Origin: Ignavibacteriales bacterium
Lineage (GTDB): Bacteria > Bacteroidota > Ignavibacteria > Ignavibacteriales > Ignavibacteriaceae
NCBI GenBank assembly: GCA_016707585.1
Contig: JADJHL010000008.1
Coordinates: 433,206 to 497,205 of the forward strand
DNA length: 64,000 bases
Direction: 5' to 3'
Positions 9,461 to 20,049 of the stretch are shown here, one piece after another. The notes under the pieces were generated by a model, which saw nothing but the letters and a program-made list of their open reading frames with translations, was not told the DNA's origin and made no database searches. The translations under genes were made by a program, and so were the position numbers. Position 1 is the first letter of the stretch; the number at the start of each line of letters is the position of its first letter.

Positions 9461-10366
9461 TTGATGAAAAAATACACTGGTGAAATTGCACTTCTGTTTA
9501 ATACTTTAATTTGGGGCGGAACTTTTGCGCTCATCAAAAATGCGTTTAATGACATTTCTCCTTTATTATTTCTTGGATTACGATTTAGCATAGCCGCATT
9601 AATTTTTCTGCCTTTTGTTTATTCATCTTTAAAAAATACGAACAAGCAAACCTTAATTGCAGGATCCATTCTTGGTTTTTTTTACTTCGCTGGTTTTACA
9701 GCTCAATCTCTTGGCTTAAATCTTACTACAGCAACTAAATCAGGTTTCATAACAGGAACATTCGTAGTATTCATTCCCATCTTACAATTGATAATAGAAA
9801 AAAGAAAACCAAAGTGGTTTAACGTTCTCGGAGTTTTATTTGTTTTGATTGGGTTAATATTATTATCCAGTAAAGGCGAAAACGTTTTTGATTTTATTAA
9901 TCAACTCGGATCAGATTTTAATCTTGGTGATTTGCTAACTTTAATTTGTGCACTACTTTTTGCTTTTCAAGTTGTTTACGTTGATGTTTTCACCAAGAAG
10001 TACGATTATCTGCCAATGGTTTTTGTTCAATTACTAATTACTGGTGTTGGTGGATTTATTTTGTCCTTTATCTTTTCAATCTCATCTTTAGAAACATTTA
10101 AGTTTACTATTAATACGACTGTTGTTACTGCAATTCTTTACACCGCAATATTTGCTTCTATAATTGCTACCGTAATACAATTGAAATTCCAAAAATATGT
10201 TTCGCCAACAAAAGCGGGAATTATTTTTTCAATCGAACCAATTTTTGCATCCATATTCGCTTACTTTTTACTCAGTGAAAAAATTTCTAATTTTGGCTTC
10301 ATTGGATGTGTGCTTATTTTCGCTGGTGTAATTGTTTCAGAAGTATTTTCAAGTAAAGATGAGTGA
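9461..10366 (+). CDS. EamA/DMT-family transporter
   Basis: 301 aa with about 10 hydrophobic helices in two EamA-like halves. Confidence 0.8.
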   Translation: MMKKYTGEIALLFNTLIWGGTFALIKNAFNDISPLLFLGLRFSIAALIFLPFVYSSLKNTNKQTLIAGSILGFFYFAGFTAQSLGLNLTTATKSGFITGTFVVFIPILQLIIEKRKPKWFNVLGVLFVLIGLILLSSKGENVFDFINQLGSDFNLGDLLTLICALLFAFQVVYVDVFTKKYDYLPMVFVQLLITGVGGFILSFIFSISSLETFKFTINTTVVTAILYTAIFASIIATVIQLKFQKYVSPTKAGIIFSIEPIFASIFAYFLLSEKISNFGFIGCVLIFAGVIVSEVFSSKDE

Positions 10367-10640
10367 ATTAAAAAGAGCCAAAATAATTGTTACCGGTTTA
10401 GTTCAAGGTGTTGGTTATAGATATTTTGTGATGAGACATGCAGATAATCTAAATCTAAAAGGGTACACACAAAATCTTTTTACCGGTGAAGTTCTTACTG
10501 AAGTTGAAGGTGATTTAGGATTGATAAATGATCTTATCAAACAATTAAAAATAGGACCAATGAAATCTCACGTAACAAATTGTTCAGTTGAATGGTCTGA
10601 AACTAAAAATGAATTTAAAAGATTTGAGGTTAGATATTAG
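10359..10640 (+). CDS. acyP: acylphosphatase
   Basis: VTGLVQGVGYRYF acylphosphatase signature. I prefer the ATG at 10359 over the track start at 10332, which overlaps the EamA gene further. Confidence 0.8.
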   Translation: MSELKRAKIIVTGLVQGVGYRYFVMRHADNLNLKGYTQNLFTGEVLTEVEGDLGLINDLIKQLKIGPMKSHVTNCSVEWSETKNEFKRFEVRY

Positions 10641-10643
10641 TAC

Positions 10644-10697
10644 TTAGCGAACTTTGCGTGAAATGTCTTTAGCTCAGTTCACGCAAAGAACGCAAAG
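10644..10697. repeat. left hairpin-repeat flanking the GxxExxY gene
   Basis: cgaactttgcgtgaa (10648-10662) pairs with ttcacgcaaagaacg (10678-10692). The unit recurs at 11146-11200 with 45 of 51 aligned bases identical by my count. Confidence 0.6.
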
Positions 10698-10741
10698 TTT
10701 TTTCGCAAAGTTCGCAAAGAAAAATCGTTAAGGGAGGAAAT

Positions 10742-11119
10742 ATGAATGAAAATGAATTATCAAATAAAATAATTGGTGCCGCAATTGAGTTACATAAAGT
10801 TTTAGGACCTGGTTTATTAGAATCGGCTTATGAAAATGCGTTTGCATATGAGTTACGAAATATCGGATTAGATGTAAAACAACAAGTACCAATGCCATTT
10901 GTTTATAAAGATATTAAATTAGATGCTGGATACAGACTAGATATTTTAGTTGAAAATAAATTGATTGTTGAAATTAAATCTGTTGAAACATTGGCTACTG
11001 TTCATTTTTCTCAAGTTTTAACATATTTAAAATTATCAGAATTAAAACTTGGATTGTTAATTAACTTTAATACCAAGTTATTGAAAGAAGGAATTCATAG
11101 AGTTGTCAATAATTTATAA
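10742..11119 (+). CDS. GxxExxY-family protein (PD-(D/E)XK nuclease superfamily)
   Basis: 125 aa with the signature G-LL-E-SA-Y (GLLESAY), then DILVENKLIVEIK (D...E.K nuclease-like core). A GGAGG RBS precedes it. Confidence 0.8.
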   Translation: MNENELSNKIIGAAIELHKVLGPGLLESAYENAFAYELRNIGLDVKQQVPMPFVYKDIKLDAGYRLDILVENKLIVEIKSVETLATVHFSQVLTYLKLSELKLGLLINFNTKLLKEGIHRVVNNL

Positions 11120-11145
11120 TCTTAGCGATCTTTGCGTTAATTTTT

Positions 11146-11200
11146 CTTTGCGTACTTTGCGTGAAATGTTTTTAGGGCAGTTTACGCAAAGAACGCAAAT
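11146..11200. repeat. right hairpin-repeat flanking the GxxExxY gene
   Basis: cgtactttgcgtgaa (11151-11165) pairs with tttacgcaaagaacg (11181-11195). It is a direct copy of the 10644-10697 unit. An extra cttagcgatctttgcgtt copy lies at 11121-11138. Confidence 0.6.
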
Positions 11201-11227
11201 ATGTTTCGTTAAGATCACAAAGGTAAA

Positions 11228-11728
11228 ATGATGAAATTAAATTTTAGAACTGGATTTGGTTTTGATGTTCATGCTTTTGTTGAAGGTAGGAAATTAATCA
11301 TCGGCGGTGTTGAGATTCCTTTTGATAAAGGATTGGAAGGACATTCCGATGCAGATGTACTTCTTCATGCAATTTGTGATGCAATGCTAGGTGCTTTAGC
11401 ACTTGGTGATATTGGAATTCATTTTCCAAACACTGATGAGCGCTGGAAGGATGCAAATAGCGCACTACTTCTCAAACATGTCAATGAACTTATCAATTCG
11501 ATGGGATATGAATTAGGAAATCTTGATTGTGTTCTTGCAATGGAAAAACCAAAAGTTTCTCCTTACTCAGATAAAATAAAAAATCGTATCGCTGTAATTT
11601 TAAATGCACAATTAGATCAAATATCTATAAAAGCAACTACAACTGAAAAACTTGGGTTTATAGGGCGTGCAGAAGGAGTTGTTGCTTTTGCTACTGTTTT
11701 ACTTGTTAAGAAAGATTTGAATGTTTGA
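11228..11728 (+). CDS. ispF: 2-C-methyl-D-erythritol 2,4-cyclodiphosphate synthase
   Basis: FGFDVHAF and [15 protein letters not shown] motifs, 166 aa. Confidence 0.9.
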   Translation: MMKLNFRTGFGFDVHAFVEGRKLIIGGVEIPFDKGLEGHSDADVLLHAICDAMLGALALGDIGIHFPNTDERWKDANSALLLKHVNELINSMGYELGNLDCVLAMEKPKVSPYSDKIKNRIAVILNAQLDQISIKATTTEKLGFIGRAEGVVAFATVLLVKKDLNV

Positions 11729-12332
11729 AACAATACTAACTCAGATCTCAGATTTTACACCACTATGGATTTATCTAACTATATTTTTCTTTGCCTACAT
11801 CGAAAATTTATTTCCTCCTTCACCGAGTGATATTGTTGTTGTTATTGGTGGTTCACTTGTTGGGACTGGGACAATTAATTTTATTCCTCTTTTTTTCTCT
11901 GCCACATTAGGAAGTCTTGCTGGATTTTTAACAGCGTTTATTATCGGTTGGCAGTTTGATAAAAAATTAGTTCATTCCGGTAAATTAAAATTCATAACTG
12001 TTGAAGCAGTAGAAAAAGTTGAAACAGCATTTCGCAAGTACGGATATTATTTAATTGTCGCAAATAGATTTCTTCCCGGAACACGGGCTGTAATTTCTTT
12101 CTTTGCAGGAATGAGCAGGTTGAATGTAAATAAAACTACTACTCTAAGTCTTGTTAGTTCCGCAATATGGAATGCGTTCTTAATTTATCTTGGAATTGCA
12201 TTTGGTAAAAATGTTGATCTTATTGATAGTTATCTAAGAACTTACAGCAATATTATTCTCGCAATTACTGGAATAGTAATACTGTTTTTTGTTGTTAAGT
12301 ATTTTATCACAAAAAGAAAAAAACAAATTTGA
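11721..12332 (+). CDS. DedA/VTT-domain membrane protein
   Basis: 203 aa with multiple TM helices and the [16 protein letters not shown] motif typical of DedA. Confidence 0.8.
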   Translation: MFETILTQISDFTPLWIYLTIFFFAYIENLFPPSPSDIVVVIGGSLVGTGTINFIPLFFSATLGSLAGFLTAFIIGWQFDKKLVHSGKLKFITVEAVEKVETAFRKYGYYLIVANRFLPGTRAVISFFAGMSRLNVNKTTTLSLVSSAIWNAFLIYLGIAFGKNVDLIDSYLRTYSNIILAITGIVILFFVVKYFITKRKKQI

Positions 12333-13975
12333 AATTTCTATTTAAGAAACAATCTTTATCTCAATTAGAAAAAAAAGAAAGAAGGAATGACAGACTTCTT
12401 TTAATCTTATCTGGGATATTGTTTGGAATTTCTTTCACCCCATTTCCATTCCCATTTACTCTTTTATTGTTTGTCGCATTTGTACCTTACTTTTTTGTGG
12501 TAAGTAAAAGACAAACTCTACTTAAAGTTAACTCGGCATCGTATCTTACATTTTTTGTGATGAGTTTAACTACAGTTTTTTGGGTTGGAAGCTGGCAAAG
12601 TGCTGCAGATCCTTTCTTAATGATAAGCGGAGTTGTTTTAGTTTTCTTTCTCCCTTGTGTAATGCTGATAAATTCCACTTTGTATTTTTTATCAAGAAAA
12701 GTTTTTAAGAAAGATTTATCACTTTATTTCTTTCCATTCTTTTGGATAACTGGAGAATATATACTCACGCTTACAGATTTAAAATTTCCCTGGTTAAATA
12801 TTGGTCACGGTTTAGCAAAATTTACTTCATTCATTCAAATTGCTGATATAGTTGGTGCATTCGGATTGTCGTTTATAGTTTTATGGATAAACCTTTTCAT
12901 CTTCAAAGGATTAAAATCGTTCAAAGTAAATGTTAAAGCTGGTTCAATTTATTTTTCAGTTGCAGTTTCAGTTTTTATTCTAATTATTGTTTATGGATTT
13001 GTAAAAATCTCTTCAGATGGCAATGATGATAAAAAAATAAAAGTGGGAATCATCCAGCCAAATCTTGATCCTTGGAATAAATGGGAACTTGGCAGTCTGG
13101 ATCAGATACTTGAAAATTATTTTGAGCTTTCGAAAAAATGTGTTGATGAAGGTGCGCAGATAATTCTTTGGCCTGAAACTGCTTTGCCTGTTTATCTGCT
13201 CTCAGGAACTTACCAGAATGAGGTTGATTCCATTTATTCTTTCTTAAAGAAAAATAATGTTTCATTACTATCTGGCATGCCGGATTTTATTATCTACGAT
13301 AAAGATGCTCCACAAAATGCAAAGTATAGTGAATCAGGTAAATATCATTACACAACTTATAATTCAATTTTACTGTTCCAATCTGATCGAAGTGAAATTC
13401 AGCGATATGGAAAAATGCAATTAGTTCCGCTTGGTGAGCATACGCCGTTTGTTGATCAGCTTCCGTTTCTTGGTGATTTATTAAAATGGGGAGTGGGTAT
13501 TAGCGGCTGGAATGTTGGACAGGATACAACTGTTTTTAAATTTGTAAATCACAATGACACAATTAAAGTTGGCGGATTAGTTTGTTATGAATCGGTGTTT
13601 CCAACTTTCCCAAATTATTTTGCTGATCGTGGTGCACAGTTTTTAACAGTGTTAACAAACGATAGCTGGTATGGAAAATTAAGTGGACCTTATCAGCATA
13701 AAGAATTTGCAAACTTGCGTGCTGTTGAAAACAGAAGAGCAGTTGTACGTTGTGCAAATGGTGGAGTAAGTTGTTTGATAAATAAATTCGGTGTTACAGA
13801 AGTTGAAACTGAAATGTTTACAAGAACCCATTTAGTTGTGGATGTTCCATTAAACAATGAAAAAACATTTTATACAAAAAATCCATTAATAATTCCAGTT
13901 TTATCATTCGCATTTGGGTTATGGATTTTTGGAATCAATATTTTATTGTGGATGAAGAAAAAATTTAAATTATAA
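12329..13975 (+). CDS. lnt: apolipoprotein N-acyltransferase
   Basis: N-terminal polytopic membrane domain plus a C-terminal CN-hydrolase domain (WPE, LVCYES catalytic Cys context). TTG start overlaps the DedA stop. Confidence 0.85.
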   Translation: MKFLFKKQSLSQLEKKERRNDRLLLILSGILFGISFTPFPFPFTLLLFVAFVPYFFVVSKRQTLLKVNSASYLTFFVMSLTTVFWVGSWQSAADPFLMISGVVLVFFLPCVMLINSTLYFLSRKVFKKDLSLYFFPFFWITGEYILTLTDLKFPWLNIGHGLAKFTSFIQIADIVGAFGLSFIVLWINLFIFKGLKSFKVNVKAGSIYFSVAVSVFILIIVYGFVKISSDGNDDKKIKVGIIQPNLDPWNKWELGSLDQILENYFELSKKCVDEGAQIILWPETALPVYLLSGTYQNEVDSIYSFLKKNNVSLLSGMPDFIIYDKDAPQNAKYSESGKYHYTTYNSILLFQSDRSEIQRYGKMQLVPLGEHTPFVDQLPFLGDLLKWGVGISGWNVGQDTTVFKFVNHNDTIKVGGLVCYESVFPTFPNYFADRGAQFLTVLTNDSWYGKLSGPYQHKEFANLRAVENRRAVVRCANGGVSCLINKFGVTEVETEMFTRTHLVVDVPLNNEKTFYTKNPLIIPVLSFAFGLWIFGINILLWMKKKFKL

Positions 13976-13984
13976 TATTTCAAT

Positions 13985-14062
13985 GTCATCACGAGCGAAG
14001 CGAAGTGATCTTTAGGTAAAAATGTTTAGAGCTTCGTCTGTCATAGCCATCCTCGCAATGAC
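13985..14062. repeat. GTCAT...ATGAC-bounded intergenic palindromic element
   Basis: tgtcatcacgagcgaagcgaagtgatc ... cctcgcaatgaca. The termini are inverted (gtcat..cgag / ctcg..atgac), with inner cgaagc/gcttcg pairing. Confidence 0.6.
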
Positions 14063-14086
14063 ATAATAAAGCAAAAGAGAAATAAG

Positions 14087-15109
14087 ATGATAGATTTAAG
14101 AAGCGACACAGTTACTCGGCCCTCTGAGGCAATGCGCAAAGCAATGTATAATGCCGAAGTTGGTGACGATGTATTTAAGGAAGATCCAACCGTAAATAAA
14201 CTTGAGCAGTATGCTGCAGAGCTTTTAGGAAAAGAAGCAGCATTGTATGTTTCAAGCGGCGTGATGGGAAACCAGATATGCTTAAATGTTTTAACGAATC
14301 CCGGTGATGAAGTTATCTGCGAAAGAGATGCTCACATTTTTAATTATGAATCAGGTTCACCTGCAGCGTTAAGCGGAATACAATTATTTCCTGTTGAAGG
14401 AAATTATGGAGTCATTACTCCCGAGCAAGTTGAACCAATAATTCACCCAACTTCTGCTTACTATATGGCGAGTACAAAAGTTATTGAAATTGAAAACACT
14501 CATAATCGTGGCGGCGGAACAATCTGGCCGATTGAAAATATTGTTGCATTAAAAAATCTTGCAAAAAAATATAATTTGTTTTATCATCTTGATGGCGCGA
14601 GGATTTGGAATGCATCTGTTGCAACTGGAATAAGTGTAAAAGAATACGCATCACATTTTGATTCTGTTTCTTGTTGTCTTTCAAAAGGACTTGGCGCTCC
14701 TGTAGGTTCTATTATTGCAGGAACAAAAGATTTTATAAAAGAAGTATTTCGTGTTCGCAAAGCATGGGGCGGGGGAATGAGACAAGTTGGAATTCTTGCT
14801 GCTGCAGGTTTGTATGCGCTTCAAAATAATATTGAAAGATTAAAGGAAGATCACGAAAAAGCTAAATATCTTGCAGAAAGAATTAATGTAAATCCAAATC
14901 TTGAAATTGATATGAATGCAGTTCAAACAAATATTTTATTGTTTCATCCTAAAAATATTTCTGTTGAAGAAGGACTGAAACTCTGCAAAGAAAAAGGTTT
15001 ATTGGTTTCTGTGGGTAAGATTGATTTGATCCGTGCAATTACTCATTTAGATGTTTCGTTTGAAGAAGTTAAAAAAGCAGCTGATATAATTGATGAGGTA
15101 TTTGTTTAA
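14087..15109 (+). CDS. ltaE: low-specificity L-threonine aldolase
   Basis: N-terminus IDLRSDTVTRPSEAMR, PLP-lysine context SCCLSKGLGAP, 340 aa. Confidence 0.85.
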   Translation: MIDLRSDTVTRPSEAMRKAMYNAEVGDDVFKEDPTVNKLEQYAAELLGKEAALYVSSGVMGNQICLNVLTNPGDEVICERDAHIFNYESGSPAALSGIQLFPVEGNYGVITPEQVEPIIHPTSAYYMASTKVIEIENTHNRGGGTIWPIENIVALKNLAKKYNLFYHLDGARIWNASVATGISVKEYASHFDSVSCCLSKGLGAPVGSIIAGTKDFIKEVFRVRKAWGGGMRQVGILAAAGLYALQNNIERLKEDHEKAKYLAERINVNPNLEIDMNAVQTNILLFHPKNISVEEGLKLCKEKGLLVSVGKIDLIRAITHLDVSFEEVKKAADIIDEVFV

Positions 15110-15552
15110 TGGATATCAAAGATTCCACACATAAGATAACAGTCAAAGTTCGCTTTCACGAAGTTGATATGCTCGGTGTTTGTAACAATGCAGTCTACAT
15201 TAATTTCTTTGAACACGCGCGGTTGGAATATGTGAAAGAAGTTGGATTGATGCCTGAGGGTGGAATATTTTCTGATGGCCGATTATTCTTTATGGTCAGA
15301 AACGAAATCAATTATCTTGGACATTCGTTTTATGACGATGAACTGGATGTGTATTCAAGAGTATCATATATAAAAAATTCATCGTTTGGCTATGATCATA
15401 TTATTGTACGAAAGAAAACAGGTGAAGTAATCGTGGATGGAAAAGGAGTCGTAGTTTTTGTTGATCTAAAAACCAGAAAATCAACTCCACTTACAGAAGA
15501 TTTTATTGAGAAGATTAAAAAGTTTGAACCTAGAGTACAGATTCTTAAGTAA
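15109..15552 (+). CDS. acyl-CoA thioesterase, 4HBT/YbgC-like hotdog fold
   Basis: 147 aa; VRFHEVDMLGVCNNAVYINFFEHAR is typical of the YbgC/FadM family. ATG overlaps the preceding stop. Confidence 0.75.
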   Translation: MDIKDSTHKITVKVRFHEVDMLGVCNNAVYINFFEHARLEYVKEVGLMPEGGIFSDGRLFFMVRNEINYLGHSFYDDELDVYSRVSYIKNSSFGYDHIIVRKKTGEVIVDGKGVVVFVDLKTRKSTPLTEDFIEKIKKFEPRVQILK

Positions 15553-15562
15553 TCATCGTTAT

Positions 15563-15630
15563 GTCATGCTGAATTTATTTCAGCATCTTTAATAATTATT
15601 ATTTAGTTTCCGAATTAAGTTCGGAGTGAC
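15563..15630. repeat. GTCAT...GTGAC-bounded intergenic palindromic element (two-hairpin subtype)
   Basis: gtc-atgctgaa-ttta-tttcagcat-c, then tccgaa-ttaa-gttcgga-gtgac. Confidence 0.6.
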
Positions 15631-15684
15631 TTTTAAAATTTTAGTTTGTTGATCAAATGAATCTTATAAAATAGGAGGTAGTTT

Positions 15685-16368
15685 ATGAGAAAACTGATCT
15701 TTGATATCGAAACTTGTTCATATCCTTTTGAATCTTTGTCCGAAACTCAGCGCGAATACTTGCTTAAGTACGCCGACAAAGAAATTGATCCAACCAAAAA
15801 AGAAGCAATGAAAGACGAAGCAATTCGTTACACTTCTCTTTACCCTTATACAGCAAAATGTATTGCAATCGGAATGTACGATGTTGAAAAAGAAAAATCT
15901 TACGTCTATTACGAATCTGACAAACCTGAAGAATGGAATTCTGAAAACACAAATGTGTTTTACAAAGGATTGCCTGAAAAAGAAATGCTGGAATCTTTCT
16001 GGCGTGTTGCTCAGTATGCTGATCAGTTTATAACATTTAACGGAAGAAATTTTGATGTTCCATTTTTGATGATGCGTTCTGTGATGTTAAAAGTTAAGCC
16101 AAGTAAAAACTTAATGGCTTATAGGTATGGAGATGAACATATTGATTTACTTGAGCAATTTACTTTTTACAGCACAACAAGAAAATTTAATCTTGATTTT
16201 TACTGCCACGCATTTGGAATTGAATCACCAAAATCAAAAGATATTTCCGGAATGGAAGTAAAAACTCTTTACGAAGCTGGAAGAATAAAAGATATTGCTG
16301 TTTATTGTTCTAAGGATATTTATGCAACTTATCAATTGTTTAAAATTTGGGAAGAGTATTTAAAATGA
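15685..16368 (+). CDS. stand-alone 3'-5' exonuclease related to the exonuclease domain of family-B DNA polymerases (RNase H-like fold)
   Basis: ExoI-like FDIET near the N-terminus, ExoII-like ITFNGRNFDVPFL, ExoIII-like YCSKDIYATYQL, 227 aa. Confidence 0.65.
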   Translation: MRKLIFDIETCSYPFESLSETQREYLLKYADKEIDPTKKEAMKDEAIRYTSLYPYTAKCIAIGMYDVEKEKSYVYYESDKPEEWNSENTNVFYKGLPEKEMLESFWRVAQYADQFITFNGRNFDVPFLMMRSVMLKVKPSKNLMAYRYGDEHIDLLEQFTFYSTTRKFNLDFYCHAFGIESPKSKDISGMEVKTLYEAGRIKDIAVYCSKDIYATYQLFKIWEEYLK

Positions 16369-16392
16369 AATTAGCTATTACTAAAAGTAGAA

Positions 16393-16641
16393 TTGAATCT
16401 GAGTTTATTTATGTATAAGGATATCGCAAAAAGTTTAAAAGAATTACTTGACAAATATGGTTTAGATGTTATTTATTCAGTCACCATTATAATTATTTTA
16501 ATACATTTAATTTTTGATCTCAAAAATTATAAAAACTGGAAAAGCATTTCTTCAGGTAATAAGTTTTATACGATAGTTGGACTGATCGCATGCATTTTTT
16601 TTATTTTCTTAAGTTTACTTCATTTCTTTTATTTTATATGA
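16393..16641 (+). CDS. small hypothetical membrane protein (2 TM)
   Basis: 82 aa ORF with a TTG start and two hydrophobic helices. No homology recognised; weak call. Confidence 0.3.
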   Translation: MNLSLFMYKDIAKSLKELLDKYGLDVIYSVTIIIILIHLIFDLKNYKNWKSISSGNKFYTIVGLIACIFFIFLSLLHFFYFI

Positions 16642-16766
16642 TTAATGATCTGTGATAACAACTATGAAAATCATTTGAATTTAAATGATTCGATAATATT
16701 TATCCCACTTTCCCTTATATTTCCTTATAAAATTTTCAAACTATTTTAAATCCTATTGGAAGATTG

Positions 16767-18993
16767 ATGAAAGAACCTGAAGTAACTTTTGAACTGGCGC
16801 AAGAGCACGGACTAATTAAAGAGGAATGGGAAAAGATTTTAAAATTCTTGGTCGCACACCAACTTTTACAGAGCTTGGTGTTTTTCTGTAATGTGGAGCG
16901 AGCATTGCAGTTATAAAAATTCCATTGCACAATTAAAAACTTTACCTCGCAGCGGCGGAAGATTGCTTGTTGCTGCAGGAGAAGAAAACGCCGGACTTAT
17001 AGATATTGGTGATGATTTAGCTGTAGCATTTAAAATTGAAAGTCATAATCATCCTTCAGCAGTTGAGCCTTATCAAGGAGCAGCAACCGGTGTTGGAGGA
17101 ATTATGCGTGATATTTTTACAATGGGTGCTCGTCCAATTGCTTCTTTAAACTCACTTCGCTTTGGTTCTTTAAAAGATGCGCGTACTAGATTTTTATTTG
17201 ATGGTGTTGTTCGAGGAATTGGTGATTACGGAAATAGCTTTGGTGTGCCTACAGTTGCTGGAGAAGTTTATTTTGATGAATCATATCAGGGCAATCCGCT
17301 TGTTAATGCAATGGCAGTTGGAATTGTAAATAAGAAACATTTTGCATCAGCTACATCAAAAGGAGTCGGCAATCCGATAATGATTGTTGGTTCATCTACA
17401 GGCCGAGATGGAATTCACGGTGCAACATTCGCATCAGAAGAAATTTCTGAAAAATCGGAAGCTAAGCGTCCATCAGTTCAAGTCGGTGATCCATTTACAG
17501 AAAAACTTTTGCTTGAAGCAACTTTAGAAATTATAAAGAATGATTGGCTGATCGGAATTCAAGATATGGGTGCGGCAGGAATTTCCTGTTCAACAAGCGA
17601 GATGAGTGTAAAAGGTGAATCAGGAATGAAGATCAATCTTGATAAAGTTCCTTTGCGTGAAAAGGGTATGACAGCATATGAAATTATGTTGAGTGAAAGT
17701 CAGGAAAGAATGTTATGCTGTGTTAAAAAAGGTTATGAAGATCGTGTAAAGTCCGTATTTGAAAAATGGGATTTGCATTGTGAAATTATTGGTGAAGTTA
17801 CTGGTGATGGAATGCTGCAGATTGATTATCAAGGAGAACGAAAAGCGACGATGCCACCGTTTGATTTGGTGCTTGGCGGAGGTGCACCGGTTTACACACG
17901 CGAACAAAAAGAACCTGAATACTTAAAAGAAACAAGAAAGTTTGATTCTAAAACTTTACCTGAACCAAAAGATTTAAAAGAAACATTTCTAAAAGTATTT
18001 TCATCACCAAACATTGTCTCAAAGCAATGGGTTTATCATCAGTATGATTCGATGGTAAGAACAAACACGGTTGTTGGTCCAGGATGCGATGCTGCAGTAA
18101 TTTTAGTTAAGGGAACCAACAAAGCATTAGCTATGAAGACGGATTGCAATTCACGTTATGTTTATTTAAATCCAAAAGAAGGAACAAAGATTGCAGTCGC
18201 AGAATCTGCAAGAAATATTGTTTGTTCAGGTGGTGTGCCGCTTGGTGTTACAAATTGTTTAAACTTTGGTAATCCATACAAACCAGAAGTATACTGGCAG
18301 TTTGCACAAGCAATAGCTGGAATGGGAGAAGCTTGCCGACATTTTGATACTCCGGTTACCGGCGGTAATGTAAGTTTTTATAATGAATCGCCTGAAACAG
18401 CAGTTTATCCAACACCAACAATTGGAATGGTTGGATTGGTTGAAGATTTAAAACACATTACAACATCATACTTTAAAGATGAAGGCGATGTAATTTATTT
18501 ATTAGGTGAAGACAAAGAAGAACTTGGCGGAAGTGAGTATGCAAAAGTTATTCATAATAAAGTTGCTGGTGAATCTCCAACAATAAATCTTGATGAAGAA
18601 AAAAAATTGCAGGATACTTTATTAAATCTTATAAGAAAAGGTTTGATAAAATCTGCACACGATATTTCTGAAGGTGGAATTGTTTCTGCACTTGCTGAAT
18701 GCTGTATCATCAACAAGGAAAAACAAATTGGCTGTGAAGTAGAAATCCCAGTTAAATCCAGAAAAGATTTTTCTTTGTTCTCGGAATCCCAATCAAGAAT
18801 AATTATTTCAATATCTAAAGATAAAATTCTTGTACTTGAATCTGAACTTAAACTTATAAATGTTAAATATACACAACTTGGTGTTGTTACAGGTTTATCA
18901 TTTAAGTTAGATAATCTTTTTGAAGTTAGTGTAAAAGAATTATCCGATATTTATTACAATACAATTCCAGGAATAATGGCTGGTGAAGAATAA
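16767..18993 (+). CDS. purL: phosphoribosylformylglycinamidine synthase subunit PurL (two apparent 1-nt deletions near the 5' end)
   Basis: The track ORF 16891..18993 starts at [11 protein letters not shown]. Upstream, ATG 16767 gives [25 protein letters not shown]. The conserved [14 protein letters not shown] is readable only in the third frame between the A4 run 16841-16844 and the T5 run 16881-16885. Confidence 0.9.
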
Positions 18994-19975
18994 ACTTAAA
19001 AAAGTTTACAAGGATTCTTCGCTGTTTAAATATTTTAGGCAGCTTAGATATCTTTATCATCTTCGCCCGCACTGGCAAAGAACCGGTGCATTTTTAAAAC
19101 ATTATTTTGGCGGATTGTATGATCGAATTGATAGACATAATGTTTTTCTTCTTTCAGGTGGATTAGCATTTTCACTTTTTACGTGCATCATTCCATTAAT
19201 CTTAATTATGTTTTGGATACTTGGTAATTTTCTAAGCTCAGAAGAAATGGAATTACAGATTATAACACTAATAAATACTCTTATTCCTTACAGCGAGTAT
19301 GCTGAATTTGTAAAACAAATTATTTTTAGTCGTGTTGAAGAAGTTATTGAACTAAAAAACGTTGCCGGTATAATTGGTTTTAGCGGATTATTTTTTGCTG
19401 CAAGCGGATTTTTTAGCAGTATGCGTACAGTATTAAATAAAATTAACGGAACTGATATTGATATTAATTTTTTTCTTGGAAAGCTAAGAGATTTTTTAGT
19501 AATACTTGTTGCAATACTTATATTCTTCGCATCAATTTTAGCACTGCCATTGATTGAAGTTTTTACATCCATTGCTGAATCAACTCCTTACTTACAATTT
19601 TTTAATCATCCTATTTTTCAACAGTTGTTTACAATTATAGTTTCCTTAGTAATTATGTTTCTGTTGATGTACTTGTTTTACAGTTTCATTCCAACTTCAA
19701 AAGTAAAACATCGCTCTGCATTTGTTGGAGCACTTTGGGCATCAGCACTTTGGGTGGGAATGAAAATTTTATTCGGTTATTATCTTGCTCACTTTCAAAC
19801 ATGGGGAAAAATTTATGGAGCGTATGCTTTAGTAATTGTGATAGCATTTTGGATTTATTACACAGCCGCAGTTTTTATTATCGGTGCAGAAATTGCAAAA
19901 CTTTTTGATGATAGATTAAAAGAACGAATAGCTGCTAAACACGCAAAACCTGAAAGTCTTCCTTCGATAGAATAA
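18983..19975 (+). CDS. YihY/BrkB-family membrane protein
   Basis: 330 aa, polytopic, with conserved [10 protein letters not shown] and [16 protein letters not shown] segments. Confidence 0.8.
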   Translation: MKNKLKKVYKDSSLFKYFRQLRYLYHLRPHWQRTGAFLKHYFGGLYDRIDRHNVFLLSGGLAFSLFTCIIPLILIMFWILGNFLSSEEMELQIITLINTLIPYSEYAEFVKQIIFSRVEEVIELKNVAGIIGFSGLFFAASGFFSSMRTVLNKINGTDIDINFFLGKLRDFLVILVAILIFFASILALPLIEVFTSIAESTPYLQFFNHPIFQQLFTIIVSLVIMFLLMYLFYSFIPTSKVKHRSAFVGALWASALWVGMKILFGYYLAHFQTWGKIYGAYALVIVIAFWIYYTAAVFIIGAEIAKLFDDRLKERIAAKHAKPESLPSIE

Positions 19976-20021
19976 TTTATTTAATAACTTTATTGACAAA
20001 CCAGAATCTTCTTAATATTTT

Positions 20022-20043
20022 TAATCAGACAAAATAATCTGAT
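20022..20043. promoter_or_regulatory. putative Rrf2 operator, copy 1 (TAATCAGAC-N4-TAATCTGAT)
   Basis: Palindromic core atcaga/tctgat lies 7 nt upstream of the rrf2 ATG. The same 22-mer recurs at 20493-20514 with 18/22 identity. TTGACA at 19993-19998 lies upstream. Confidence 0.45.
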
Positions 20044-20049
20044 TTAGAA

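Noticed and set aside
10332-10358. Track start of the acylphosphatase ORF at 10332
   Set aside because: It overlaps the EamA gene by 35 nt and adds a non-conserved extension. ATG 10359 gives a canonical acylphosphatase N-terminus.
16830-16900. Programmed ribosomal frameshifting or transcriptional slippage as an explanation of the frameshifts
   Set aside because: The shifts occur in many unrelated genes and in both directions. They lack slippery-heptamer plus structure contexts, and none is in a gene known to use recoding. Sequencing error is the simpler explanation.
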